From positions 1 through 64,000 of the forward strand of contig BTVJ01000015.1 in assembly GCA_045863395.1 (NCBI GenBank): 64,000 nt of DNA. The letters are read 5' to 3'. This stretch comes from Myxococcales bacterium (GTDB taxonomy: Bacteria > Myxococcota_A > UBA9042 > JABWCM01 > BTVJ01). This document shows, one piece after another, positions 47,742 through 57,810 of this stretch; position 1 is the first letter of the stretch; the number at the start of each line of letters is the position of its first letter. Both the position numbers and the translations under genes were made by a program. A model generated the notes under the pieces. That model worked only from the letters and a program-made list of their open reading frames with translations, was not told the DNA's origin and ran no database searches.

Positions 47742-48685
47742 AGGCGGACCTCCCGCGGGGACAGGCTGCGCCAGTCCATCACGCCGAGCTTCCGGTCGCG
47801 GGCGAGGCGGAGGTGAGCGATGTCCTCCGCCTTTCGATCAATCTGCTCGGCGGCCCAGGCGTCGAGGGCCACCGGATCCACTCCGGCCGCCATCGCGTCC
47901 ATGCGGCGGACGTCGGAGAGGCGCCCCCCGGTAGGTCCGCTCCGCATCAGCACGCGGGTCGCGTCCAGCACCGTCAGCGTCGGTCGCACGGCCGCGGCCA
48001 GGTCGACGATGGAGGCGTCCAGATCGCCGTGCAGGAGCCCCCGGTCTCCCCCGGCGACGCCGAACAGGTTCTTCATGCCCGCGGTCAGAGTGCTCGACCC
48101 ATGGTGCTTGACCACGGGCACGTTGATCAGCTTGTCGGTCTCGTACAGCGCGTCGATCAGCGGCCACCGGCTGACGGCGTGGCCACCGACGAGAGTCTCC
48201 GAGGTCGACGCGTGGCGAATCACCGTAGCGCCCACCCGCCGCGCGGCCGCCTCGATGCCGCTGCGCTCGAAGGTGGCGTCGGCCGCGTTGCAGGGCACGT
48301 CCGTCACCACCACCTTGGACGCGCCCGCCTCCAGGCAGAGCTGGACCAGGGCCTCCACGACGTCGGGGTGGGTGTTGGCCCCCTGCTCGGGGGTCCGGTT
48401 CCAGGCGATGTTGGGCTTGACCAGCACGCGGTCACCCTTGGCCACGAACGCGCCCATGCCGCCGAGGGCCGCGATGACGGCGCGGGTCAGCGCCTTGGGA
48501 TCGGCGCCGTGGCCGATGGCGAGGCCGCGCGCGGTGTCCGCCGGGGCCAGCTTGGGCAGCTCCCGTGGCTTGGCGAGCACGTCCCGCTCGGCGCGCAGGC
48601 CGAGCCAGGTCAGGGCGCCTGCGCCGGCGCAGGCGAGGCCGCAGGCGGCGATGCGGAGAGCGGAGCGGCGGGTGATGTCACTCAT
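47738..48685 (-). CDS. DUF362 family protein with Tat-like signal
   Basis: TRRSALR, VLVKPN, ANTHP, INVPVVKHH, GMKNLFG and DPVALD. Confidence 0.9.
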   Translation of the reverse strand: MSDITRRSALRIAACGLACAGAGALTWLGLRAERDVLAKPRELPKLAPADTARGLAIGHGADPKALTRAVIAALGGMGAFVAKGDRVLVKPNIAWNRTPEQGANTHPDVVEALVQLCLEAGASKVVVTDVPCNAADATFERSGIEAAARRVGATVIRHASTSETLVGGHAVSRWPLIDALYETDKLINVPVVKHHGSSTLTAGMKNLFGVAGGDRGLLHGDLDASIVDLAAAVRPTLTVLDATRVLMRSGPTGGRLSDVRRMDAMAAGVDPVALDAWAAEQIDRKAEDIAHLRLARDRKLGVMDWRSLSPREVRL

Positions 48686-49268
48686 GGGTGTCTCCAGGTG
48701 GGTGGAGCGCTGCACGGGCCAGCGCGGCCAGGTGCTCTGCGAGCCCGACCGGCTCGCCCCCGTTGTGGGTGACGCGCACGTAGATCCGACCCGAGCGGAC
48801 ATCGCCGCCCTGATCGTCGACGGCCCCCTCATCCCCGAGGGACGGCGTGCGCGGGCGGTCGGGTGCCACGTGCTCACCGAAGACGGCGCGGGCGTCCTCA
48901 GCAGAGCCGAGCTCGTAGCGCTCGACGGTCACGTCGACGCCGCGGACGCGCAGCGTCCTGAAGGAGGCGCGGGTGAGCCCGTGGCGGATGAACACGTCCG
49001 CGGCGCCGTTGATCTCCGTGTGGAGGGTGGCCGCGTCGAAGGAGCGCTCGGGGGCGGCGCGCAGGGCCGTGAGCAGGGGAGCCTCCGGGGTAGGCTCTTC
49101 CGGCGCGGGCGAGCCGGGCACGCCCCCGAGGGTCGCGACCACGAGGCCGAAGGCGCCGAGGCCCAGAGCGCCCGCGACGACCCCGGCGGCGGGACGACGC
49201 CACAGCAGCGCCAGGGCCAGACCCAGGGGCAGGGCCAGGAGCGCGGCGATCTGGAGCGCCTCGGCCAT
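48678..49268 (-). CDS. Membrane-anchored hypothetical protein (DUF6599-like)
   Basis: Two TM segments, LHTEINGAADVF and ERYELGSAEDARAVF. Confidence 0.65.
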   Translation of the reverse strand: MAEALQIAALLALPLGLALALLWRRPAAGVVAGALGLGAFGLVVATLGGVPGSPAPEEPTPEAPLLTALRAAPERSFDAATLHTEINGAADVFIRHGLTRASFRTLRVRGVDVTVERYELGSAEDARAVFGEHVAPDRPRTPSLGDEGAVDDQGGDVRSGRIYVRVTHNGGEPVGLAEHLAALARAALHPPGDTHE

Positions 49269-49638
49269 CGCACCTCCCGCCGCACCGTCGCGCGGCCCGG
49301 TCAGCTTAGGACCCGTAGCCGCGCCGCTACAAGGAATCTCGACCCCTCACGACAGCCAGGCCCCCCCGTCGTAACCCGCGGCGCGCTGGACAGCGGGGGG
49401 GCTGCCGCGGAGGAGCCGGCGCAGGCTCCCTGGTGCCCCACGGGGAGCCACGCAGGGGGCTGCGGCGAAGCTCGCCCACCCCGTCCGTCGGGCACTGGAC
49501 CCCGAGGCCGACCAGAGGCGCGAGTGCCTGGTGCGGACCGCCGGGGCGCGGTGGGAGCGCAACGCCTCGCAGCGGGATCGAGAAACCTGCTATGGTGCCG
49601 CGTCCGCCCCGGTGCTCGGGGCGAGAGCTCGCGGAGGC

Positions 49639-52206
49639 ATGGACGTGACGTTTCGCAGTGGCGCGCAGACCCTGGCGTGGAGCCTCTGGCTGGCCGCGTG
49701 CGTGACGTCGAGCCCGGCGCCGCCACCGCATGACGTCACCCCTGGGCTGGACGCCTCCGCTGGGGGGGACACCGCGCACCCGGATGGGGGCGGCGAGGTC
49801 GACACCCACCCCGATGGAGGCTCCAGCGACGCCGCCGAGGTCACGGACGTGCCGCAGCAGGACACTCCGGGCGTGGGGGACGGTGGAGTGGCCGACGCAC
49901 CGACGGACACCGCGGATCTCGGGGATTCGGACGCGCCGGTCGGCGACGCAGACGACGTCCTGGCGGACCTCGGCGCCGACGTGATGGGCGACTCCGAGGA
50001 CACGCCTGGCGGCGAGACCGACGGCGGGACGTGTACTGTGGCGCAGTGCGACGACGGCGACCCCTGCACCGTGGAGTCATGTGTCGGGGGAGGCTGCGCC
50101 TACACGCCCGTGCCCTGCGACGACGGCGACCCCTGCACCATTGATGGTTGTGGCCCCGGCGGGTGCACCCACGCTCCCCTGCCCTGCGACGACGGGGACC
50201 CCTGCACCGTCGACACCTGCGGATCTGGCGGGTGCGCCCACGCTCCACTGCCTTGCGACGACGACGACCCCTGCACCGTCGACGGTTGTGGCCCCGGCGG
50301 GTGCGCCTGGTCGCCGCTGCCTTGCGACGACGGCGACCCCTGCACCGTCGATCATTGTGGCCCCGGCGGGTGCGCCTGGTCGCCGCTGCCCTGCGACGAC
50401 GGCGACCCCTGCACCACCGACACCTGCGGACCCGGCGGGTGCGCTCATGGCCCGGTGCCTTGTGACGACGGCGACCCCTGCACCCTGGACGAGTGCGCCT
50501 CGGGCTCGTGCCTGCACACACCCGATCCCTGCGACGACGGCGACCCCTGCACCTCGGACCTGTGCCTCGCCGCCGCCGGGTGCGCCAACACGCCGCTCCC
50601 CTGCAACGACTACGACCCCTGCACGCAGGACGCGTGCGCCGGCGGGACGTGCGTCTTCACGCCCGCGTCCTGTGACGATGGTGACCCATGCACCCAGGAC
50701 ACCTGCGGCCCCACTGGCTGTGCCAGCGCCTGGGGCTGCGACGACGGCGACCCGTGCACCGATGACGCCTGCGGCCCCGCGGGCTGTGCCCACGAGGCCG
50801 TGGACTGCGATGACGGGGCCGCCTGCACGGCCGACGCCTGCGACGGTTGGAGCGGAGCCTGTGTGGCCACGCCAGCCTGCGACGACGGCGACCCGTGCAC
50901 CGACGACGGGTGCGCCCCGGACGGCGCCTGCGTCCACGGCTCCGGGTGCGACGACGACGACCCCTGCACGCTCGATGGCTGCGTGGCCGGCGTCGGCTGC
51001 GTGAGCATCCCCCTGGGGTGCGCCGACGGGGATCCGTGCACCCAGGACGGCTGCCTCGGCGGTGGGTGTGTCCACGAGCCCGTCGCAGGCTGCGCCGGGT
51101 GCGCCGAGGACGCGGACTGCAAGGACGAGAGCCTCTGCACGGTGGACGTCTGCGATGTCGAGACGGGCGCCTGCAGCCACACCGCCGCGCAGTGCGACGA
51201 CGGCGACCCCTGCACGGCCGATGCGTGCGACACGGAGACGGGCGCCTGCGCCAACGAGGCCGCCGACTGCGACGACGGCGACCCCTGCACGGAGGACGCC
51301 TGCGGAGCGGACGGCGCCTGCGTCAGCGCGCCCGTCGCGTGCGGAGACGGCGACCCCTGCACCGACGACCTGTGCGGGCCCGAAGGGTGCGCCCACATCC
51401 CCGTGCCGCTCTGCACCGGCTGCATCGATGCTGACGACTGCGACGACGGCAGCCCCTGCACCGCGGAGCTGTGCGCGGACGGCGCATGCCTGCACAGCGG
51501 CACAGGCTGCGGGGACGCCGACCCCTGCACCCTGGATCTGTGCGTCGACGGTGCCTGCCAGCACCTGCCTCTCCCGACCTGCCAGGGGTGCCTCCTGGCC
51601 AGCGACTGCGAGGACGGAGACCCCTGCACCGCACACACCTGCGACGGCGCGTGCGGGACGGCTCCCGACCCGAGCTGCGGCACGTGCGCGAGCGACGCCG
51701 CGTGCGATGACGGACTCGCCTGCACCGTGGACACCTGCGACGGCACCTGCGCCCACGCGCCCGTGCCCTGCCCCAAGGCGGGCCCGTGCTCCGTGGCCTT
51801 CTGCGTCGAGGGCGCGGGGTGCCAGAGCCTCCCCGGGCCCGGCTGCCAGGAGCCCTGCACCACCGCGGCGGACTGCGAGGACGGGTCACCCTGCACGACG
51901 AAGGCGTGCCCCGCAGGCACCTGCCAGACGGCGCTCCTGCCGTGCGGCGACGGCGACCCCTGCACCCTCGACGCCTGCGACCCGCTGACCGGCGCCTGTA
52001 CGAGCACCCCAGTCCCCGGGTGCACGGCGCAGTGCTCCGCCGCCGCCCACTGCGACGACGGCGACGCCTGCACCCTCGACCTCTGTGACCAGGCCACTGG
52101 CACCTGCTACGGCGCACCCGTAGGCTGCGAGGACGGCGACCCGTGCACCGCCGACCAGTGCGACCCGCTGCTCGGCTGCACCTTCACCCCACTGTGCGGG
52201 CCATGA
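49639..52206 (+). CDS. Lipoprotein made of about 28 Cys-rich CDDGDPCTxDxC repeats
   Basis: GGAGG RBS, lipobox LAAC, acidic linker and about 28 counted repeat units. Confidence 0.88.
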   Translation: MDVTFRSGAQTLAWSLWLAACVTSSPAPPPHDVTPGLDASAGGDTAHPDGGGEVDTHPDGGSSDAAEVTDVPQQDTPGVGDGGVADAPTDTADLGDSDAPVGDADDVLADLGADVMGDSEDTPGGETDGGTCTVAQCDDGDPCTVESCVGGGCAYTPVPCDDGDPCTIDGCGPGGCTHAPLPCDDGDPCTVDTCGSGGCAHAPLPCDDDDPCTVDGCGPGGCAWSPLPCDDGDPCTVDHCGPGGCAWSPLPCDDGDPCTTDTCGPGGCAHGPVPCDDGDPCTLDECASGSCLHTPDPCDDGDPCTSDLCLAAAGCANTPLPCNDYDPCTQDACAGGTCVFTPASCDDGDPCTQDTCGPTGCASAWGCDDGDPCTDDACGPAGCAHEAVDCDDGAACTADACDGWSGACVATPACDDGDPCTDDGCAPDGACVHGSGCDDDDPCTLDGCVAGVGCVSIPLGCADGDPCTQDGCLGGGCVHEPVAGCAGCAEDADCKDESLCTVDVCDVETGACSHTAAQCDDGDPCTADACDTETGACANEAADCDDGDPCTEDACGADGACVSAPVACGDGDPCTDDLCGPEGCAHIPVPLCTGCIDADDCDDGSPCTAELCADGACLHSGTGCGDADPCTLDLCVDGACQHLPLPTCQGCLLASDCEDGDPCTAHTCDGACGTAPDPSCGTCASDAACDDGLACTVDTCDGTCAHAPVPCPKAGPCSVAFCVEGAGCQSLPGPGCQEPCTTAADCEDGSPCTTKACPAGTCQTALLPCGDGDPCTLDACDPLTGACTSTPVPGCTAQCSAAAHCDDGDACTLDLCDQATGTCYGAPVGCEDGDPCTADQCDPLLGCTFTPLCGP
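50047..52200 (+). repeat. Intragenic tandem repeat, about 66-bp period
   Basis: TGCGACGACGGCGACCCCTGCAC cores. The first copies are near-identical. Confidence 0.9.
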
Positions 52207-52226
52207 GCCCGCTCCCTGGAGGCCCC

Positions 52227-53909
52227 ATGAGACGGGTGTTCTTCGCTCTCGCCCTGGCGCTGGCCACCCCCGCGGTGGCGGACGTCCCCGCGACGGTCAC
52301 GTTCCAGGGGCTGCTGACCACCAGCGCCGGACTGCCCGCCGACGGCACGTTCAACCTGTCTCTGAAGCTTTTCCCAGCGGCGACCGGCGGAGCGGCGGTC
52401 TACTCCCAGAACCTGGGCTCGGTCACCGTCACCGCCGGGATGGTGGACACCACCATGGGCCCACTGACGACGGCCCTCCTCGCCGCACCCGAGCTGTGGG
52501 TGGAGCTGACGGTCATCGGGGAGCCGCCCTTGCCCCGACAGCGGCTCCGCTCCGTGCCCTACGCCCTCCAGAGCGAGGCGGCGACGTCGGCGGGGTCGGC
52601 GGCGGCGCTCCTGTGCTCGGGCTGCGTGGGCGCCGGCCACCTGGCCCCCAACCTCCTGCTGGGCGGCAACGTGGGGTCCACGGGCACGCTCACCACATGC
52701 ACGGACGGCGCCACGGGCTGCGGGCTCAAGGTCGGGGGAGCCGCGGCCCTGGTGGACCCGAAGGACGGCATGATCAACCTCCAGGTCACCGGCGGCCTGC
52801 GGCTGCGCACGGTGGACAACGGCGCGTGGGCGCCGCTCCAGGCGGGAGCGGTCACGGCGCAGGGCCCCCTGGTGGCCGCTGCCGGGTCCACGCTGACGGC
52901 GCCGGTGGTGGTGACGGGCAACGGTCAGACGGTGGCGGGCACGGGGACGGTGCGGGTGGAGCGCGACGCGGGCGAGGTGAACGTGCTCGCCGTCGGCGCG
53001 GGCACCGGTGGGGCGATCATCGCCTTGGAGCCCGGCAGTGGTGGCAAGCGCTGGGGCGCGGTCAGCCACGGAGCGGGTGACGCGGGCGCCGAGGCGGGGG
53101 CCTTCGCCGTGCGCGACGAGGCGACAGGGAAGCGCCCGCTGGTGGTGCGCCCGGACGGCCGGGTGGGAGTAGGAACAGGGGCCGCCGAGTCGGCGCTGCA
53201 TGTGGTCTCCGACGCCAACAACGCGGTGACGGGCACGGACGCGACCCTGCGCGTCGACAACCACCGCGACGCCCACACGCCGCTGGCCGTCCACCAGAAC
53301 AAGACCGACACCTACGCGGCCCGGCTCGTGACGGACGGGTGGGGCCTCCGCGTCACGCAGGCCGCGGGCGCGGCGAAGTCGGCCGCGGTGTCGCTGCTCT
53401 CCGTGGACACCGACGGCGGGACGACGGGCAACGTGCTTCGGGTCCAGGCCAACGGCAACGTGGGCATGGGCACGACGAGCCCCGCGGCGCGGCTCCACGT
53501 GGCCGGGAACATCCGCGCCGACGGCACCGTGCATGCGAGCACGGGGGTCATCGTGGCGGGGCAGACGGTGGTGGACGCCACGGGAAAGGTCATAGGGCCC
53601 GTAGACCCGAGCACCCACGCCCACGCGGTCAACGGCAACGCCGACAACGCCAAGCTCATCGCGTCCTCCATGTGCGCCGTGATGGGCGGAGGAGGCCACA
53701 CCACCGCCTGCCCACGCATCTGCAGCAACACCAGCGCGGACTGCAACCAGATCTGCGCAGGTGGAGGAGGCAGCGCCTTCAACGCCCTGCACATCTACGT
53801 CGGCTACCTGGAGCGGGTCTACGTCTACAACGGCACCAGCGGCAGCTTCTGCGGGCCCAACTGGTGCTGCTGCCGCCTCGAGTACAACGCCTGCCCCACG
53901 CCGTGGTAG
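52227..53909 (+). CDS. Secreted fibre/adhesin-like protein with Cys-rich C-terminal domain
   Basis: Signal peptide, N-terminal domain TFQGLL...PRQRLRSVPYAL, GNVGMGTTSP units and C-terminal CGPNWCCC. Confidence 0.8.
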   Translation: MRRVFFALALALATPAVADVPATVTFQGLLTTSAGLPADGTFNLSLKLFPAATGGAAVYSQNLGSVTVTAGMVDTTMGPLTTALLAAPELWVELTVIGEPPLPRQRLRSVPYALQSEAATSAGSAAALLCSGCVGAGHLAPNLLLGGNVGSTGTLTTCTDGATGCGLKVGGAAALVDPKDGMINLQVTGGLRLRTVDNGAWAPLQAGAVTAQGPLVAAAGSTLTAPVVVTGNGQTVAGTGTVRVERDAGEVNVLAVGAGTGGAIIALEPGSGGKRWGAVSHGAGDAGAEAGAFAVRDEATGKRPLVVRPDGRVGVGTGAAESALHVVSDANNAVTGTDATLRVDNHRDAHTPLAVHQNKTDTYAARLVTDGWGLRVTQAAGAAKSAAVSLLSVDTDGGTTGNVLRVQANGNVGMGTTSPAARLHVAGNIRADGTVHASTGVIVAGQTVVDATGKVIGPVDPSTHAHAVNGNADNAKLIASSMCAVMGGGGHTTACPRICSNTSADCNQICAGGGGSAFNALHIYVGYLERVYVYNGTSGSFCGPNWCCCRLEYNACPTPW

Positions 53910-53922
53910 GACCAGGATCTCC

Positions 53923-55029
53923 TTGACGTCCCCCAAAGACCCCATCTCCATCCCCGGCTTCACCGACCCCGTGAGCTGCTGGACCCACCTGCTCGGCGCG
54001 GGCGTCGCCCTGGTCGCCGGGGTGCGCCTCGTGCGCAGAGGTCGTGGCAGCGCCGCCCGCGTCGCCGCCCTCGTCGCGTTCGTGTTCGGCGCGGTGTTCA
54101 TGTTCTCCATGAGCGGCACCTACCACCTGCTCGACCGGGAGGGCGCGGGCCGCGCCGTGCTCCAGCGCCTGGACCACGCCGCCATCTTCGCGATGATCGC
54201 CGGCACCTTCACCGGGCTCCACGGCGCCGCGCTGCGGGGGCCCTGGCGCTGGGGGTTCATCGCGCTCTTGTGGGCGCTGGCGGCCACGGCCATCACGCTC
54301 AAGACCGTGTTCTTCGAGGGTACCCCGGAGGCCCTGGGGCTGGCCCTCTACCTGGGGATGGGGTGGCTCGGCGTGGTGTCGTGGATCAAGCTGCGCCACC
54401 TGGCGGGTGGGCGCATCGGCCGCCTGCTGCTCCAGGGTGGTGCGGCCTACAGCGCTGGCGCCATCCTGGAGTATGCCCGCTGGCCGGACCTGCTGCCCGG
54501 CGTCATCGGCCCCCACGAGCTGTTCCACCTCTGCGTCATCGCGGGGGCGGCGCTGCACTGGCGCGCCGTCTCGGTGGCGGTGACGGAGGCGACCGGCCCC
54601 CAACCCCAGGCGTCACGGCCCCGGAGTGAACGTCTCACGCCCCGTCGCCCCTTCGATGACGTCCTCGAGGTGGAGGCGCAGCGGGAGAGTCTCGTTGCCG
54701 AGCCACAGGCGGGCCTGGTCGGCGAAGTGGGGGCTGTCGACGAGGCCAGACTGACCACCGGGGATGATGTTGCGCCCCGTGACCTTGTCTCCCAGCGCTA
54801 CGACCATGCGCATGACGGGGCCGTGGTCGTAGGTGAAGGCGTCCAGCGAGAACCCTTGCTCCGCGGCGTCCACGGCGAAGTTGTCGCCAGGGCGAGGGAA
54901 GTGGACGAGGCCCTTTCGCGGGTCTCCGGCGGGGAGAGTCTCGGCCAGGGGGAGGTTCTTGGTGGTGATGGAGAAGAGATCCACGATGAGCTTCAGCGCC
55001 GGGTCGTCCCCCACCTGGGCGATCAGTGA
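53923..55029 (+). CDS. Haemolysin III / PAQR membrane protein
   Basis: SCWTH, SGTYH, RLDHAAIFAMIAGTFT and HELFHL. The reading frame runs 417 bp into the convergent gene. Confidence 0.85.
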   Translation: MTSPKDPISIPGFTDPVSCWTHLLGAGVALVAGVRLVRRGRGSAARVAALVAFVFGAVFMFSMSGTYHLLDREGAGRAVLQRLDHAAIFAMIAGTFTGLHGAALRGPWRWGFIALLWALAATAITLKTVFFEGTPEALGLALYLGMGWLGVVSWIKLRHLAGGRIGRLLLQGGAAYSAGAILEYARWPDLLPGVIGPHELFHLCVIAGAALHWRAVSVAVTEATGPQPQASRPRSERLTPRRPFDDVLEVEAQRESLVAEPQAGLVGEVGAVDEARLTTGDDVAPRDLVSQRYDHAHDGAVVVGEGVQREPLLRGVHGEVVARAREVDEALSRVSGGESLGQGEVLGGDGEEIHDELQRRVVPHLGDQ

Positions 55030-57807
55030 CTCGAAGCGCACCTGATGCCGGAGACCCCAGAGCCACGCGTCCATGTCCGCCACACCGAAGCCCCCGACTC
55101 CCGGCGCCGCCTGCGGGCTCTCCAGATAGTCGAGCGCATCGGCCAGAGATGACAGCATCACCTCGTCTGCGCGCTCGCTCTCGGGCGTGCCCACCCGGTC
55201 GAAGAAGACGGACTCGCCGGTCTCCTCGCTCCAGCTCGCCAGCGCCCCCGGATTGCCCGGCCCCCTCCCGTCGAGGAACGCCAATATGGCGGCGAGGCGC
55301 GTGTTGTCGGGTCGATACGGGAACAGGTCACCGCACGGCTCGTCGCCCCACACGGACGCCACGAAGCGGGGGAGCCACGCGTTGAAGACCATGGTCGCGA
55401 CCGCGTCAGCGCGGTCCTCCAGAGAGGGCGAGTGGTAGAAGGTCTCCACGCCGGACTCTGCCCGGAAGGACCACGCCCCGAGGCGCTGCTCCACCTCGCC
55501 GAAGCGGTCCGCGTTGGCCGACCAGAGCGCCACGAGGCGCGCCTCGTGCTCCTGGAGCGGGCCATCGAGCATTGACAGTGCGCGCGCCCCGGCGATGGCG
55601 GCCAACAACGGCGGAGTGAACCGCTCGCCCATGCGCGAGGTGTGGTCTCCCTGGACGCTGGCCATGTCCTCCTCCGTGGCCCCACCTGCCGCGACCACCT
55701 CCTCCAGGCGCCGCCGGATGGTGTCCGCCCGCGGAGACTCCCACGGCCCCCCGATGTACCACGCGTCGTTGGTCTGGTCGCCGTCGTCGTCGATGGGCGC
55801 GGGCTGGTTGTTTGCGGTGCGCACGAAGCCCTCCGGCGGGTTGAGCGCCTGGGGCATGGCGTCGAAGGGGATGACGCAGCGGTAGGGATCCGAGTCGCCC
55901 TCCACCGCGTGGCCCGCCGGGTCCGTCGGTAACGTGAAGGCTCCAAACGTGGTGCCATCGAGCAGGAACGCCGGGTGGGCCCCGGGCAGGAATCCCTCCG
56001 CGTCCTTCGGCAGATAGCCACGGCAGGGGATCGCCTGGTAGGACGAGAAGAGCACGTTCCCGAGAGAGTCTCCGGCGGCCATGAAGAGCCCGCCGCCGAC
56101 CACGCCGCGGGTGGCCTCCCGAAACTCGAGCACGTCGCGAGAGACTCCCATGGCGTAGAGCGCGTCGGGCCACCGGGTGGCGTCGAAGGCGCCGTAGTCG
56201 AAGGAGATGGCGCTGATTACCCCGTCCCCGTCCACGTCGGCGGGGATGACCCGGTCCTCGCCGAGACGCACCACGAAGGCGTCCGGCTCGTCTCCCGGCG
56301 GCACGACCGTCCCCTCGATCTCAAGCAGGCGCCGCCCGTCGAAGGTCTCCCACCGGGCCCAGGTCTCCGTCCGCCCCACGGATCCGAGGGCGGGCACGTC
56401 CGCGATGACGTAGCTCTCGTCCACGCGCACGAGCGGCCTCCACTCTCCCTGGAAGCGGCTCGCCACGGGCGCGCCGTCCTCCAAGAGCAGCTCCTCGCGG
56501 TACCAGTCCGTGACGTCCACCACCGGGTTGACCATGCTCCAGGCGACGTCGCCGTTGGTGCCGGCGCCCAACACCGGGAACGGCGTCAGCAGGAGCCCGG
56601 CCTGGTGGATGGGCCCGCCCCCGAGCACCGACGTGTCCATGCCGATCTGGTACATCAGCGAGGGCACCGTCAGCGCCAGGTGACCGTCACCCGCGACCAG
56701 CGCGCCGCCCGTCTCCGTGTGCGCCCCGGACACCGCCCAGGCGTTGGACCCGTAGGGTCCCAATGCGTCGTGGGTCAAGCGCTGGTCGAGGCGCCCACGC
56801 CGCCCGGCGAGGCGCGCGAGCATGGAGCGCTCGGCCGACCCCGGCGTCGCCCGCGCCGTCTGCACCCGTTCGAGGCCGGAGGTCCCGAACCCGGGAGACG
56901 ACGCGTTGCCCGGGTAGAGCGGCCTGAAGCTGCCCCACACGTCCCCGAGGAAGCCCTGCTCCCGCAGCGCCGCGGAGTCCACCCCCTCGAACGCCCCGTC
57001 GAGCTGCGCGAGCTTGTAGGCGCGGTCCACGTCGTCGGTGCGGAAGTTCGTCTCGAAGAGCAGCGCCGCCGGGATGGCCATGAGGTCGCGCAGGGTGAAC
57101 GGCTCCATCAGCGAGGTCGGGTCCGCCGCCCCGAGGAAGGGCCCGGCCAGGTCCAGCTCGCTCGGCCCCGGCAGCTTGCCGGCCTTCACGGCGTCGATGT
57201 AGGCGTTGACTCCGCTGGCCACCGCCTCCATGTAGGCCTTCATCTCGCCTTCCAGGCTCGCCGTCAGGTTGTCCGCCACCGTCGAGACGCCCGTCAGCCT
57301 GGCGTTCAGGTCGCTCGAGAGCGCCGCGTCCCCGAGGAGCGCGCTGATCGTCCCCAGTGAATACCGGCGCTGGATCTCCATGAAGAAGTAGCGGTCCCGG
57401 GCGAGCACGAAGCCGACCACGCGGCCCAGATCCTCGCGGGTCGCCGCGTAGACGTGGGGCACGTTGGCCTCGGTCCGCAGCACGTAGGCGGGCGCACTCA
57501 ACCCCGGCAAGGTCCACGCCTCGGTCTCGGGTACCGCGAGCAGGCCCTCAGGGGCGGCGGTGTCCACCGTGCCCGCTGTGTCCCCCGCATCTCCTACGTC
57601 ATCTGGCCCGGCGTCTGCGGCCCCCGCGTCGGCGCTCCCATCCGGGACGTCACCACCCGCGTCACCGGTGCCGGTGTCGCCAGGGCCGACGTCGGCGACG
57701 TTCGCGTCCAGGACGTCGCCGTGCCCGGAGTCCCCTACGCCCCCGCCCTCGCCGTCATCGCCACAGGCGGCCACCACCAGCAGCCCGACCAGGATCGCCC
57801 TCTTCAT
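54613..57807 (-). CDS. Penicillin acylase-family (Ntn hydrolase) lipoprotein
   Basis: Lipobox VAAC, VPHVYA, GSNAW (nucleophile Ser), TANN and PGGQSG...SPHFADQ. Confidence 0.92.
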   Translation of the reverse strand: MKRAILVGLLVVAACGDDGEGGGVGDSGHGDVLDANVADVGPGDTGTGDAGGDVPDGSADAGAADAGPDDVGDAGDTAGTVDTAAPEGLLAVPETEAWTLPGLSAPAYVLRTEANVPHVYAATREDLGRVVGFVLARDRYFFMEIQRRYSLGTISALLGDAALSSDLNARLTGVSTVADNLTASLEGEMKAYMEAVASGVNAYIDAVKAGKLPGPSELDLAGPFLGAADPTSLMEPFTLRDLMAIPAALLFETNFRTDDVDRAYKLAQLDGAFEGVDSAALREQGFLGDVWGSFRPLYPGNASSPGFGTSGLERVQTARATPGSAERSMLARLAGRRGRLDQRLTHDALGPYGSNAWAVSGAHTETGGALVAGDGHLALTVPSLMYQIGMDTSVLGGGPIHQAGLLLTPFPVLGAGTNGDVAWSMVNPVVDVTDWYREELLLEDGAPVASRFQGEWRPLVRVDESYVIADVPALGSVGRTETWARWETFDGRRLLEIEGTVVPPGDEPDAFVVRLGEDRVIPADVDGDGVISAISFDYGAFDATRWPDALYAMGVSRDVLEFREATRGVVGGGLFMAAGDSLGNVLFSSYQAIPCRGYLPKDAEGFLPGAHPAFLLDGTTFGAFTLPTDPAGHAVEGDSDPYRCVIPFDAMPQALNPPEGFVRTANNQPAPIDDDGDQTNDAWYIGGPWESPRADTIRRRLEEVVAAGGATEEDMASVQGDHTSRMGERFTPPLLAAIAGARALSMLDGPLQEHEARLVALWSANADRFGEVEQRLGAWSFRAESGVETFYHSPSLEDRADAVATMVFNAWLPRFVASVWGDEPCGDLFPYRPDNTRLAAILAFLDGRGPGNPGALASWSEETGESVFFDRVGTPESERADEVMLSSLADALDYLESPQAAPGVGGFGVADMDAWLWGLRHQVRFESLIAQVGDDPALKLIVDLFSITTKNLPLAETLPAGDPRKGLVHFPRPGDNFAVDAAEQGFSLDAFTYDHGPVMRMVVALGDKVTGRNIIPGGQSGLVDSPHFADQARLWLGNETLPLRLHLEDVIEGATGRETFTPGP

Positions 57808-57810
57808 CGC

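Noticed and set aside
50047..52200. Regular repeats as a CRISPR array
   Set aside because: The repeats are in-frame coding units with synonymous variation and similar intervening sequence. No cas genes.
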